Positions 32,609 to 43,519 of a stretch of 64,000 bases of DNA are shown here, in pieces. The translations under genes and the position numbers were made by a program. Origin of the DNA: a cyanobacterium endosymbiont of Rhopalodia gibba (lineage in GTDB: Bacteria > Cyanobacteriota > Cyanobacteriia > Cyanobacteriales > Microcystaceae); contig CP067995.1 of the NCBI GenBank assembly GCA_045159875.1, positions 256,001-320,000 on the forward strand, read 5' to 3'. Every line of letters begins with the position of its first letter. Positions within the stretch are counted from its first letter, which is position 1. The notes under the pieces were generated by a model. The model did not search any database. It saw only the letters and a program-made list of their open reading frames with translations, and was not told the origin of the DNA.

Positions 32609-33721
32609 TTAAAATCCATCAACCACAGGATGGAAATAAAACGCTAATCCAATCACCATATAAGTCGCTAATAACAGGGTTCCTTCTAACCAATTAGACC
32701 GACCATCAGAACTAATAGAATTAGTAATTAAAACGGCGACAGCAACAGCTACCAATTCAAAAGAATTAAAACCAAGATCCATCGGTTTCCCTAAAATCCA
32801 TCCTAAAATCACCAACACTGGAGCAACAAATAGTGCAATTTGTAAGCTTGAACCTACTGCAATAGCCATTGATAGATCCATCTTATCTTTAATGGCAACC
32901 ATCACTGCCGTAGTATGTTCTGCCGCGTTACCCACAATGGGAAGTAATATGACCCCAGTAAATAAAGAGGTTAGTCCTAAAGATTCTGTAGCTTCTTCTA
33001 GGGAATTAACCAATAATTCCGATTCAATAGCAACCACAAAAGTTATTAACAATAAGAGAAACCACCACTGTCCTACATTAACTTTTTGGGAGTATTCCTC
33101 ACTAGATTCTGATATGTCTCTATCTTCCATTTCCAGTATTCCCACATCATAAAGATAGACATGGGTTTTCATGGAAAAAATTAGAGTTAAAATATAAACA
33201 ATAATTAAAACGATAGCTACAGCAACTGAAAGATTTTGTAGGGTTTGTTCTTCAATTCCTGTGGAAGTATATTGAACGGCTGTCGGTAAAAGAATAGCGA
33301 CTATTGCTAAATTCATTGAGGATGCATTTAATCGGGCAGCCACAGGTTGAAATTCCTGTTCTTTGTAGCGAAGTCCTCCAAATAACATGGCAAAGCCTAC
33401 AACTAACAATAAATTACTAATAATTGAACCTATGATAGTGGCTTTCACCACACTAATTAATCCCTCTTTGAGGGCAATTAATGCTAAAATTAGCTCAGTG
33501 GCATTCCCAAAAGTGGCATTGAGTAATCCTCCTAAATTTGGACCAGCAACTACTGCGATCTCTTCTGTTGCTTCCCCGATAAAAGCAGCTAATGGGACAA
33601 TGGCTAAAGCAGCAGTGATAAAAACTACTTTAGAGCCCCAGTGAAAATAATTAGCAGCAAAAGATAAGGGGATAAATAGCAATAGTAAAAACAAGAGGTT
33701 CTTTTTAGTTATCATGAACAA
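32609..33721 (-). CDS. cax: Ca2+/H+ antiporter (CaCA family)
   Basis: Alpha-repeats ATFGNATE and GNAAEH; GSSLQIALFVAP; SNWLEG. Confidence 0.93.
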   Translation of the reverse strand: MFMITKKNLLFLLLLFIPLSFAANYFHWGSKVVFITAALAIVPLAAFIGEATEEIAVVAGPNLGGLLNATFGNATELILALIALKEGLISVVKATIIGSIISNLLLVVGFAMLFGGLRYKEQEFQPVAARLNASSMNLAIVAILLPTAVQYTSTGIEEQTLQNLSVAVAIVLIIVYILTLIFSMKTHVYLYDVGILEMEDRDISESSEEYSQKVNVGQWWFLLLLITFVVAIESELLVNSLEEATESLGLTSLFTGVILLPIVGNAAEHTTAVMVAIKDKMDLSMAIAVGSSLQIALFVAPVLVILGWILGKPMDLGFNSFELVAVAVAVLITNSISSDGRSNWLEGTLLLATYMVIGLAFYFHPVVDGF

Positions 33722-33897
33722 TGAGCGATCTTCAACTAGAGAACATTTATCTTTAATCTAGCTCTAGTTTAAGTCATTTTAGAATCATCATGTTCTTTCA
33801 TATGAGAATACAATCAAGTTATCAAAGTCTGTGTTTTATTTCATTATGTCTCTTTTAGTTAGTTTTTCTGAATAAGAAATCATCATAATTTCTATTT

Positions 33898-34449
33898 ATG
33901 GCACGTAGACCTCGCGATTATCATTCCGGTTCTAGACCACCTCGTTATTCTTCTCCAGAAACTTCTGATTCCAAATTTAATTACGCTAATGTCGCCTTAT
34001 TAGGGGGAATTTTTATCTTAGGAATTGGCGTTGGTATTGGAGTTAGTTCCACCGCAAGTTTTGACCCCCAAAATGTTGCCTCACGGGAAGTCATTGACAA
34101 AAGTGTGCCTGACGCTGAACTTTGCGTTCAATTTGGAGCTAGTGCTATTGTCACTGATATGCGGGTTTTTATTACCCTTAACCCCTTCAGTGTCTTTGTC
34201 ACTCAACCGGCAATGCAACCAGGATGTGTATTACGCCGCGCTAATATGAGTTTACTTGAACAACAAAGATTGATTACAGGGGAACAGGTGAAAGACTGTA
34301 AAAATCGAATGAATACTTTTGGGTTTACAGGTTCTCTTGAGACTAAACCGGAAATTAATTGTATTTATCCTAATGATGCCGCGGGAAATCTCTTTTTGAA
34401 CCCCGCAGGCTCGGTAACCCCCCCCCGTTCAGAAACCGATAATTTTTAA
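33898..34449 (+). CDS. DUF3172-family cyanobacterial protein
   Basis: One TM segment, then NVASREVID, CVQFGASAIV.D.RVFITLNPF, QPGCVLR. Confidence 0.8.
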   Translation: MARRPRDYHSGSRPPRYSSPETSDSKFNYANVALLGGIFILGIGVGIGVSSTASFDPQNVASREVIDKSVPDAELCVQFGASAIVTDMRVFITLNPFSVFVTQPAMQPGCVLRRANMSLLEQQRLITGEQVKDCKNRMNTFGFTGSLETKPEINCIYPNDAAGNLFLNPAGSVTPPRSETDNF

Positions 34450-34825
34450 ACACTGATGCCCATCATAATCCAGCCCAGAGGAATACCTGGTTCAATGGTA
34501 ATCTAATCGCGGTATTGCGAAAGGAATTCTTTTAAACGAAAAGGATCAAATTCAATTCATAACAAGATCTAGATAAATTTTGGTTGAATCTTAGAATTAT
34601 AATCAATTTTAGCCTTAAACTGTCACCAAACTGGATTTAAGGTGAAACAAGATCTTAGTTCAGTGCGTCTATTAAATCATTACTAATTTAGTAGAGTGAC
34701 TTTTAGTTTGTGACTGAAAGTAGAAGTTAAGGTTTATTAACCTTTAACAACCTCTAAAAATCAATAGTCATAATCAACTTAATCACTGATAATTGATAGG
34801 ATTAATCAATTTCTAGTTTAAACTT

Positions 34826-36712
34826 ATGTGTGGAATTGTTGGCTATATCGGAACTCAAACCGCAACGGATATTTTAATGAGCGGTTTAGAAAGATTAGAA
34901 TATCGAGGTTATGACTCAGCAGGAATAGCTACTCTTCTAGAAGGAAACATTCATTGCGTACGAGCTAAGGGAAAATTGTATAATCTGCGCGAAAAATTAG
35001 GACGGGATGTTAACCCCTCTCAAGTTGGTATTGGACACACCCGTTGGGCGACTCATGGTAAACCTGAAGAATATAATGCCCATCCTCACATGGATGCAAC
35101 CAAGCAGATAGCTGTGGTGCAGAATGGTATTATTGAAAATTATCGAGATTTGCGTGAAGAATTAATCAGTCAGGGTTATGAATTTCTCTCCGAAACTGAC
35201 ACAGAAGTCATTCCTCATTTAATTGCTCAATTTCTCCCTAAAACTTCGGACTATGATAATTTACTTACTGCTGTTCAAAAAACCATTCATCGTCTCAGAG
35301 GGTCTTTCGCCATTGCCGTTATTTGTGCCGACTATCCTGATGAATTAATTTTGGCGCGAAATCAAGCTCCCCTCATTATTGGCTTTGGTCAAGGAGAATT
35401 TTTCTGTGCTTCTGATGTCACTGCCTTAGTTCCTCATACCCATGCGGTTTTGTCGATGGAAAATGGGGAAATTGCCCGTTTAACTCCCCTCGGCGTAGAA
35501 ATCTATGATTCCACCTTACAACGCCTAAAAAAGCTTCCTAGAACTCTTGACTGGACAGTAACTACGGTGGAAAAACAAGGGTTTCGCCACTTTATGTTAA
35601 AGGAAATTCATGAACAACCTTCGGTGGTTAGAAGTTGTTTAGAAACCTATTTACACAGTGATTGGTATACCCAAAATGGTGACAATTTAAGTCCCATTGA
35701 TTTAGGATCAGCATCTGAATTGTGCGATAACGTGGATTATATTCAAATTGTTGCTTGTGGAACTAGTTGGAATGCTAGTTTAGTTGGAAAGTATCTACTC
35801 GAACAAATTGCAGGAATTCCGACGATGGTACAGTATGCCTCAGAATTTCGTTATTCTCCTGCGCCAATGATGGCAAATACCTTAACCATTGGTGTTACCC
35901 AGTCAGGGGAAACTGCTGATACTTTAGCCGCATTAGAAATGGAAAAACAACGACGCATTGGGTTAATTTATCCCTATGACGCGCGAATTTTAGGGATTAC
36001 AAACCGCCCCGAAAGTACCCTGTCCCACATGGTAGATCGTATTATAAATACTCAAGCAGGTATTGAAATTGGGGTAGCGGCCACCAAGAGTTTTACGGCT
36101 CAATTAATGGGGTTTTATTTTTTAGCTATTCACTTAGCTCATCGTAAACATTATTTAACAGTGGACAAGATTAATACCTTGATTAAGGGCTTACGAGAAC
36201 TGCCATCTCAAATTGAGATTATTTTAGAAAAACAAGAGAAGAAAATTGAAGAATTAGCCCATGAATTTGCTGACACTAAAGACTTTATATTTTTAGGACG
36301 TAGCATTAATTTTCCTATTGCATTAGAAGGATCTTTAAAATTAAAAGAAATTAGTTATATTCATGCAGCAGGATATCCCGCAGGAGAGATGAAACATGGC
36401 CCTATTGCCTTGTTAGATTCTAAAGTTCCAGTCGTTGCGATTGCAATGCCTGGGCTAGTTTATGATAAAATATTATCCAATGCACAAGAGGCAAAGGCAA
36501 GAGATGCAAGGTTAATTGGGGTAACATCTATTGACAATAATGAAGCGCGATCAACATTTGATGATTTGCTGCTTGTTCCACATGTTGATGAATTATTATC
36601 CCCGATAATTGCAGTTATTCCCTTACAATTGCTAGCCTATCATATTGCTGCTAGACGGGGGCTAGATGTAGACCAGCCTCGTAATTTAGCTAAAAGTGTA
36701 ACCGTTGAATAA
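34826..36712 (+). CDS. glmS: Glutamine--fructose-6-phosphate aminotransferase
   Basis: N-terminal MCGIVG, GHTRWATHG, SIS domains, C-terminal DQPRNLAKSVTVE. Confidence 0.98.
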   Translation: MCGIVGYIGTQTATDILMSGLERLEYRGYDSAGIATLLEGNIHCVRAKGKLYNLREKLGRDVNPSQVGIGHTRWATHGKPEEYNAHPHMDATKQIAVVQNGIIENYRDLREELISQGYEFLSETDTEVIPHLIAQFLPKTSDYDNLLTAVQKTIHRLRGSFAIAVICADYPDELILARNQAPLIIGFGQGEFFCASDVTALVPHTHAVLSMENGEIARLTPLGVEIYDSTLQRLKKLPRTLDWTVTTVEKQGFRHFMLKEIHEQPSVVRSCLETYLHSDWYTQNGDNLSPIDLGSASELCDNVDYIQIVACGTSWNASLVGKYLLEQIAGIPTMVQYASEFRYSPAPMMANTLTIGVTQSGETADTLAALEMEKQRRIGLIYPYDARILGITNRPESTLSHMVDRIINTQAGIEIGVAATKSFTAQLMGFYFLAIHLAHRKHYLTVDKINTLIKGLRELPSQIEIILEKQEKKIEELAHEFADTKDFIFLGRSINFPIALEGSLKLKEISYIHAAGYPAGEMKHGPIALLDSKVPVVAIAMPGLVYDKILSNAQEAKARDARLIGVTSIDNNEARSTFDDLLLVPHVDELLSPIIAVIPLQLLAYHIAARRGLDVDQPRNLAKSVTVE

Positions 36713-37189
36713 TTATCAATTTGAGGCTGAAAGATAAAATAAGAAGGAACAAAAAAATTGTTTATTTTGAGTAGTCTAATTGAAAATTATGTTAGAGAAC
36801 AATCATTAATATCGATTTAATTAGGTTGATCAATCATTATCTAAGCTAATCATTGATCAACCTAGTCGTGTGATAGATTATCCTATAAAATAATCAGAAA
36901 TTTTACTAAGTTTTCATTTTCTAAAAAGATAGAAGTTATATATTAATCATAACTAATAGAAAAAGACCATAAATCACTTAGACTATTTATTAAATTAAAA
37001 AACTATAAAGATAGAGTAAAAGATCGTCTAATAATAACTCTTATTATTGTACTACAATAAATCCGTAATTAACTCACTCACCGTTTTAACTTTTGTTTTT
37101 CTTTGTTGTAAGTTGGTTAAAATGGCTCGGTTACTATCTACAATTTCTGAGCGTATTTTTTCTATTTTTGGATTAAATTAAATAAATAA

Positions 37190-37760
37190 TCTTGCTCCTT
37201 AATTAATAAGACTTCGATTCATTTAATTAGATTAAGAAAGTAAACTGTAATCAGTTTGTTAGAGATTAAATATAATTTGAATAAGGACTATCAGAACCAA
37301 TTTATAGGAAAAAAAAACTAAGTATTTATGCTATGCAAAAATATTTTATCAGAGTTGATAGATTATTGTAGACAAATTACTTTAAAAAATTTACTTTTAA
37401 AAAAGTGTTGGCAAAGTTAATTGCTAAGAGAACGGCAAGATATATCCGGGTAGCATAATACACAAAAAGACGTTTTAGTGCGTTACAAAAAAAAATGCAA
37501 TTTATCTAAAATTCACTATAAAATGTGAGTTTACTTAGATTGAAAACACGGTTGTCATTCTCGATATCTAAGTTAAAATACGATAAAATTAATGATTATT
37601 TTAAATAATAACTGCCAATAATCAAGACTTTAATAGTTATAAAAAAACGGCAGAATACAAGGCTAAACTACTTTTCTTCCAGAATCTAGTAAAAAGCTTA
37701 TAAAAAACAATTCTAAATACTTCTAAAAACTTCAATATCTCAAATGTTTAATGCGAGATA
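37190..37760 (+). mobile_element. Possible very decayed IS630-like transposase
   Basis: LAP*LIRLR...SVC*RLNI resembles MPAPYS.DLR...VC..FNISRN; later MIILNN and KLLF fragments. Weak similarity only. Confidence 0.3.
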
Positions 37761-37794
37761 TATTTTTAAGTTAGTCGTTAATCGTTGCAACTAA

Positions 37795-38290
37795 AGAAAG
37801 CCTAAGAAGTAAAATTTTACCAATCAGTTTCACGTGGTTTTACTTGATCTGCTGTCGATATGGTTCTTGAGTTAACTCAAAAACCAATAATTTATTGTAG
37901 TCGTTTATAATTAAATGTGGTTTAAACTACTAACAGCTACTACACAAAATTTTTATCTCATGCAACTAAGCCTTCAAAAACTCGGTATCATTACTGTGAG
38001 TTTGATAAAAAACTTCTATTAGAGTACTTTAGATAAAACTAGTTCCTCTAATTTATCCTTTACAGGTGTGTGAAAAATAGTACATTCAAATTATTATTCA
38101 GGGCACAAGTTCCACAAAGTGATTGTAGCCTACTAGATTAGTAAATACTTATTTGCAATGGGCGACTATAATGGATAAAATCATTTAAAAGTTCGATATC
38201 CTGGCTAAAAAAACCTGATTACAATGATCATAACTTTACCTGTTTTTAAATAAGAAAAGTATCTTTTTTCTATAGGACTATAATATCCAT
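37795..38290 (-). mobile_element. Fossil IS982-family transposase
   Basis: KVMIIVIRFF*PGYRTFK*FY, FTNLVGYNHFVELVP, GTSFI*STLIEV, FKPHLIINDYNKLLVFELT and LIGKI match IS982 EVMTIVI.FH.SGYRTFK.FY, FPNLVSYNRFVEL.P, GISFIDST.I.VC, GFKLHLIIND.GELL.F.LT and LIGKL. Confidence 0.75.
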
Positions 38291-38339
38291 ATAGATTATT
38301 TGCTCTGTGCAAGAATATAATTTTTTCTACAAATATTTT

Positions 38340-38726
38340 TCCAGTTTTTTAAAAAGTGCTCATTTTAACTTATTTATTTCTTGATCCCTATAAGTTTTAT
38401 TTTTGGCTATTTCTACTTCTTAGTACGTACGTATAACTTATATTTTATTGAGTAATATTATTTTTTCATAATTGAGCCATCTTTATTTGAGTTTTAGCAT
38501 TATTTTGTTGGACAAATAACTTCAACTTTTGTTGATTATCATTTTGAAGATGTCTTTCTTATTTATGAGTAATTGCTATATGATGTACTGCTTATTTTGT
38601 CGTTCTTAAGCATAAATCAAAAGTATTATAACTAAGTCTAAATAAACAATAGCCTCCATTTTTGTGTTCTGTTTGTACTTTTATAACCGCCTTTTATCGT
38701 AAATCTTAACTATAAGGCGCTGGCAT
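38340..38726 (-). mobile_element. Fossil IS630-family transposase, N-terminal HTH region
   Basis: From ATG 38726: MPAPYS*DLR*KAV...CLFRLSYNTFDLCL...KLKLFVQQNNAKTQIKMAQL*, then NITQ*NIS and KTYRDQE. Compare MPAPYSYDLRQKAI...FNISRNTLDLWL...FVQQHG.KTQ.QMAQLW. Confidence 0.8.
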
Positions 38727-38993
38727 AACTGATAACGTTCACTTAAACATTTGATTAGAACAGAACTAATCAAAAACTGTCTTAATATTTTTATATAGTG
38801 CCATAGCTGCGACAAAACTTTAAAAAATAAGAGCTAAAAGCCTTGATTTATAAAATTTTTAATGGGTTAAAAAGCTAATCATATAAAGATTGAGTTATTG
38901 GAGTTATAGGAGTTATAGAATAGACTTACAGTTAAAATTATAGGAGTTATTAGCTACTAATTTATTATTTTCAGTCTAGAAAAGCTTTAATTT

Positions 38994-39542
38994 TTATTTT
39001 TTGCTGTTGACTTTATATTGAGTTTTATGAGGAGCTTTTTCCCACCAGGAATTCAGAGGATAATAGAACACAGGAGCCCATAAACTACTCAAAATTGCTG
39101 AGGACAAAACCAACTGTCGATAGTCCCTACTAATTTCTTCTAAAGGACGTATTTTACCCGCAAAATATTGAATTGCTGTAACGGTTTCTACTAAAAAAAC
39201 CATAACAAAGACAATCAAGGCAATCGAAATAAAGTCTTCTTGAAGATAACGTTGTTTTTGTAAACGAGCTGTCAAAAATCCTACTAAGACTAGACCAAAA
39301 ACATGGGAGGGATAAGCTCCTGTCAATCCATCTTGAATTAATCCTAACAACAGTCCTGCCATTACCCCTTGAAAAACAGTCCGATTGACACTCCAAATTA
39401 CCACCCAAATTAACACCCAATTAGTACCAATGCCTAACAACTCTGTCCCAGGAAAACGAGTAGGAGACAGTAATAAACATAGGGTAATAGACCCGCCAAT
39501 CACCAAAATATTTATCAAATAATAGCGAAACCAAAACATCAT
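38994..39542 (-). CDS. mreD: Rod shape-determining protein MreD
   Basis: Hydrophobic protein directly downstream of mreC (4-bp overlap); LGLIQDGLT, SSLWAPV. Confidence 0.9.
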   Translation of the reverse strand: MMFWFRYYLINILVIGGSITLCLLLSPTRFPGTELLGIGTNWVLIWVVIWSVNRTVFQGVMAGLLLGLIQDGLTGAYPSHVFGLVLVGFLTARLQKQRYLQEDFISIALIVFVMVFLVETVTAIQYFAGKIRPLEEISRDYRQLVLSSAILSSLWAPVFYYPLNSWWEKAPHKTQYKVNSKK

Positions 39543-40288
39543 TTGCTGTCAAAGGGATAGACAATTGCCCATTCTAAATCATTAATTGGAGCCGTTAATT
39601 TAATTGTTGCCTGAGGAGCTGGACTACTTTCGAGATTCACTGACTCAACCCGTCCAATAGGTAAACCTCCTGGAAAAAGACGACTAACTGGAGAAGTAGT
39701 AATAGTATCACCAGGATGGACCTTGGGAACTTTCTCAAAAAATCGCATCACTACTATTCGAGAGCCTTTCCCTTCCACCAACCCCATGGTGCGACTACGA
39801 CTCACCGTAGCTCCAACCCGACTCGTGGGATCGCTGACTAATAAAACTCGGCTAGTATGGAGAGTAACATCCACTACTCGACCGATGATACCTCCAATAC
39901 CGGTAACAATAAAACCAACTTCAATTCCATCTCGACTTCCTCGACCTAAAATTACTTGTTTCCACCAATCGTCTGTACTACGCCCAATAATGGGAGCAGT
40001 AATTACTGATTGAGATTGTGTCTCAAAGTATCCCAGGAGTTTTTGTAACTGTTGATTTTGTCGTTCTAGTTCAGCTAAACGCATTTCCAACTCTTGAATT
40101 CGTGCGTTAGTGAGTCGCTCTTGTAGTAACACAGGGGGGGCTGGCTCAAAAGGACGACTAAGCCAATAATATAGTTCTAGGATAGGTGCACCCTGTGTTT
40201 GTCGAAAAAACCAGCCGATTCCTAAGGCTATCACTGCCCACGTCAATTTTGAGCCATATCGAGCATACCAACGCCTCACTATTAGCAT
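39539..40288 (-). CDS. mreC: Rod shape-determining protein MreC
   Basis: TM segment plus coiled coil, IIGRS..WW.QVILGRG, SRVLLVSD, FPGGLPIG. Confidence 0.93.
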   Translation of the reverse strand: MLIVRRWYARYGSKLTWAVIALGIGWFFRQTQGAPILELYYWLSRPFEPAPPVLLQERLTNARIQELEMRLAELERQNQQLQKLLGYFETQSQSVITAPIIGRSTDDWWKQVILGRGSRDGIEVGFIVTGIGGIIGRVVDVTLHTSRVLLVSDPTSRVGATVSRSRTMGLVEGKGSRIVVMRFFEKVPKVHPGDTITTSPVSRLFPGGLPIGRVESVNLESSPAPQATIKLTAPINDLEWAIVYPFDSK

Positions 40289-40321
40289 ATTATTGCTTGC
40301 AATTACCTAAGAAGTTGTTTA

Positions 40322-41374
40322 TTACATTAGACGAGAGCTTTCTCTCAAAACTCGATCTAAAATTTTAGGGTTTTTGAGAACTTCTCCAGTTCCCTTCACA
40401 ACACAGCGTAGAGCATCTTCAGCTACATGAGTCACAATACCCGTTTCATGGCTTAGAAGAGTATCAAGACCTCTGAGTAAAGCTCCCCCACCAGCTAACA
40501 TAATTCCTCGATCAATAATGTCCGCCGCTAATTCTGGGGGAGTCCTTTCTAAAGTCCGTTTCACTGCATCGACAATAACTGCTAAAGGTTCAGCCATACT
40601 TTCTCTAATTTCTTCACCTCTAACCGTTATGGTTCGTGGTAAGCCAGACATCAAGTGTAACCCACGAACGTCCATAATGGGTTCATCTTCATGTCGTAGC
40701 GGATAGGCCGATGCTAAACGAATTTTAATTTCTTCGGCGGTACGTTCCCCTATCACGAGATTATGAACTTTTTTCATATAGTTAATAATAGACTCGGTGA
40801 GTTCATCTCCTGCCACCCGAACAGATTCACTAAGCACCCGTCCTTGTAAACTTAAAACCGCTACCTCTGTAGTTCCCCCACCAATGTCTACAATCATGTT
40901 ACCCGTAGCTTCGGTAACAGGTAAACCAGCACCAAGGGCAGCTGCAACCGGTTCTTCTATTAACCCCACATCTCTAGCTCCAGCCTCTCTCGCGGCATCG
41001 ATTACTGCGCGACGTTCCACCTCAGTAATGCCACTGGGAATTCCAATCACCATTCTTGGATTTCCTAAGGGACTTCCCTCGTGGGCGCGACTAATAAATT
41101 CTTTGAGCATGATCATAGCACTTAAAAAGTCAGCTATCACACCGTCGCGCAGGGGACGCACAGCTATTATATTTCCTGGTGTACGACCTAGCATCTTTTT
41201 GGCTTCTTCCCCAACTGCCAAAGAAAGTTTTCGTTCTTGATCAATAGCAACTACTGATGGTTCTTCAAGCACCACCCCTTTACCAGAAACATAGATAAGA
41301 GTATTGGCAGTTCCTAAATCTATACCCATATCTCTTGACAGAGAAAAACGACTAAAAAAACCAAATTTTGGCAT
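40322..41374 (-). CDS. mreB: Actin-like cell-shape protein MreB
   Basis: GIDLGTANT, RPLRDGVIADF, VDIGGGTTEVA, LAGGGALL. Confidence 0.97.
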   Translation of the reverse strand: MPKFGFFSRFSLSRDMGIDLGTANTLIYVSGKGVVLEEPSVVAIDQERKLSLAVGEEAKKMLGRTPGNIIAVRPLRDGVIADFLSAMIMLKEFISRAHEGSPLGNPRMVIGIPSGITEVERRAVIDAAREAGARDVGLIEEPVAAALGAGLPVTEATGNMIVDIGGGTTEVAVLSLQGRVLSESVRVAGDELTESIINYMKKVHNLVIGERTAEEIKIRLASAYPLRHEDEPIMDVRGLHLMSGLPRTITVRGEEIRESMAEPLAVIVDAVKRTLERTPPELAADIIDRGIMLAGGGALLRGLDTLLSHETGIVTHVAEDALRCVVKGTGEVLKNPKILDRVLRESSRLM

Positions 41375-41736
41375 TTTTTGTTACACTTCCTATATTAAAT
41401 AACCGACTGACTAATTTAAAATGACCCCAGAATTAAGGATATCAATGAAATCGTAATTATGTTTCTTAATGGTAAGTCTAGCTGAATTAATGAATTTATA
41501 GTGATAAACACTCAAATTGTAAGCATAATTTATCGGTCTTGACCCGTGCTTATTAGTGACCTTATGAATTCGTTCCCTAATTGTTGATTGTTTATAAAAG
41601 ATAGTTTGACTCTAAACTTTTTCCATAATGGCAATGATCATCAGTTTGAATTTAGATTAATTAAAGTCATTAAGATAATTTTCCTCTACAATGGAGGTAT
41701 TTTCGCACTAAATTACTGGTTAAAGTTAACAGATAA

Positions 41737-42105
41737 ATGGGATTAAACGTTATCAATTTAGTAGGTCGTGCAGGTGCTGATCCACAAGTCAGGTATTTTG
41801 ACTCAGGAAAAGTTTTATGTGAGCTTTCTTTAGCAGTTGGTCGTCGCAGCAGTAAGACTGATACGCCAGACTGGTTTAGACTCAAGATTTGGAACAAACC
41901 AGCCGAAATAGCAGCCAACTACGTAAGAAAAGGAGGATTGATTGGCATTCAAGGAGAGTTAGTCATTGAAACTTGGACTGATCGCAATACTGGAGCGAAT
42001 CGTTCTAGTCCAGTAATTGTAGTGGATCGGCTAGAATTGTTAGGGTCCAAGCGGGATAATGATTCAGGATCAATTAATAGTTATCAAGAAGCTGATGAGT
42101 TTTAA
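41737..42105 (+). CDS. ssb: Single-stranded DNA-binding protein
   Basis: NVINLVGRAGADP, OB fold, acidic C-terminal tip ADEF. Confidence 0.95.
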   Translation: MGLNVINLVGRAGADPQVRYFDSGKVLCELSLAVGRRSSKTDTPDWFRLKIWNKPAEIAANYVRKGGLIGIQGELVIETWTDRNTGANRSSPVIVVDRLELLGSKRDNDSGSINSYQEADEF

Positions 42106-42278
42106 GCAATTGAGTTGACTGTTCCTCCTTTTTAGAAACGATAGCGATCAACTCAGTAACTTGTGATCGCTCCCCAAAATCCTCCGTCTTTTTACTAATA
42201 GAACCACCTGAAACTCGTCTTATCTTCTCTTAACGACCCTTACCTTTGTGTCCTTACCTAAGAAAAGGGATAACAGTT

Positions 42279-43430
42279 ATGAAATATGCCCTAGTTCACG
42301 AATGGTTGACCCCCAAAGCAACGGGGGGGTCAGAGTTGGTTGTTGAAGAAATTTTACAGCACATTAAAGCAGATCTGTACGCCCTAATTGATTTTGAATC
42401 TACTAATCCTCAAAGCTATCTCTACGGACGCTCAATAGGGTCTACTTTTCTACAACATTTTCCCCTAGCGCGTAATGGGGTACAAAAGTATTTACCCTTG
42501 TTGCCAATTGCCATAGAACAGTTTGATCTACGGAACTATGATGTTGTCTTGTCATCGTCCCATGCGGTGGCTAAAGGAATTCTAACCAGTCCTAACCAAC
42601 TTCATGTTTGTTACTGTCATACGCCAATGCGCTATGCCTGGGACTTAACCTTTGATTATTTGCAAAATTCTCCTGCCGGAAAAGGAATTGTCGGTCTTAT
42701 GACCCGCTATCTTTTACATCGTCTGCGTCAATGGGATGTAGCCAGTGCTAATCGAGTTGATTACTTTATTGCTAATTCTCATCACACGGCACGTCGAATC
42801 TGGCGTTGCTATCGTCGCCAAGCAAAAGTTATTTATCCTCCTGTAAACCTTGAACGGTTTGATTTTACTCCCCACAAAGAAGATTTTTATCTGAGCGTTT
42901 CCCGATTGGTAAGTTATAAAAAGATTTCATTGATAGTGCGGGCATTTAATCAATTGGGTTATCCTTTAGTTATTATTGGTGACGGTCCTGATCTTCCCTT
43001 AATTCGGCAATTGGCTAAGTCCAATATTAAGGTATTAGGGAATCAATCTAATCAGGTCGTTGAGCAATATATGGCTAAGGCCAAAGCCTTTGTCTATGCT
43101 GCTTGTGAAGACTTTGGAATTGCCCTAGTCGAAGCCCAAGCCTGTGGAACCCCAGTTATTGCTTATGGAGGAGGTGGTGCGCTAGAAACAGTGCTCGATA
43201 TTCGTCAATATCCCCAAAAGGGAACAGGAATCCTTTTTTCTTCCCAGACTTCAGGAAATCTAGTTACAGCTATTGAAACTTTTGAAAAGTTTCAACATCT
43301 GATTAAATTGGAAAGCTGTCGTCAACAGGCAGCTAAATTTACTCCGAAAATCTTTGAAATGTCTTATTTAGCGTTTTTAAAAGATTGTGAGAAGGACTTT
43401 ATCCAAAAAAGTTCTGAGAAAAGTTCCTGA
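42279..43430 (+). CDS. Glycosyltransferase family 4
   Basis: ALVHEWL, YCHTPMRYAWD, EDFGIALVEAQACGTPV (ExFGxxxxE). ATG 42279 preferred. Confidence 0.92.
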   Translation: MKYALVHEWLTPKATGGSELVVEEILQHIKADLYALIDFESTNPQSYLYGRSIGSTFLQHFPLARNGVQKYLPLLPIAIEQFDLRNYDVVLSSSHAVAKGILTSPNQLHVCYCHTPMRYAWDLTFDYLQNSPAGKGIVGLMTRYLLHRLRQWDVASANRVDYFIANSHHTARRIWRCYRRQAKVIYPPVNLERFDFTPHKEDFYLSVSRLVSYKKISLIVRAFNQLGYPLVIIGDGPDLPLIRQLAKSNIKVLGNQSNQVVEQYMAKAKAFVYAACEDFGIALVEAQACGTPVIAYGGGGALETVLDIRQYPQKGTGILFSSQTSGNLVTAIETFEKFQHLIKLESCRQQAAKFTPKIFEMSYLAFLKDCEKDFIQKSSEKSS

Positions 43431-43519
43431 TTTTTATGAGCAGAATTGCCATAATTTAGGTCGTCTGGCTTTATGATCGGGAATGTGTGGTGTGATGTGA
43501 TGTGATGTGAAGGAGTAAG

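Noticed and set aside
38892..38955. ggagttata-like 9-mer repeats as a CRISPR or iteron array
   Set aside because: Units are short, nearly adjacent and lack unique spacers, with no cas or rep genes; this is simple STRR-like sequence after mreD.
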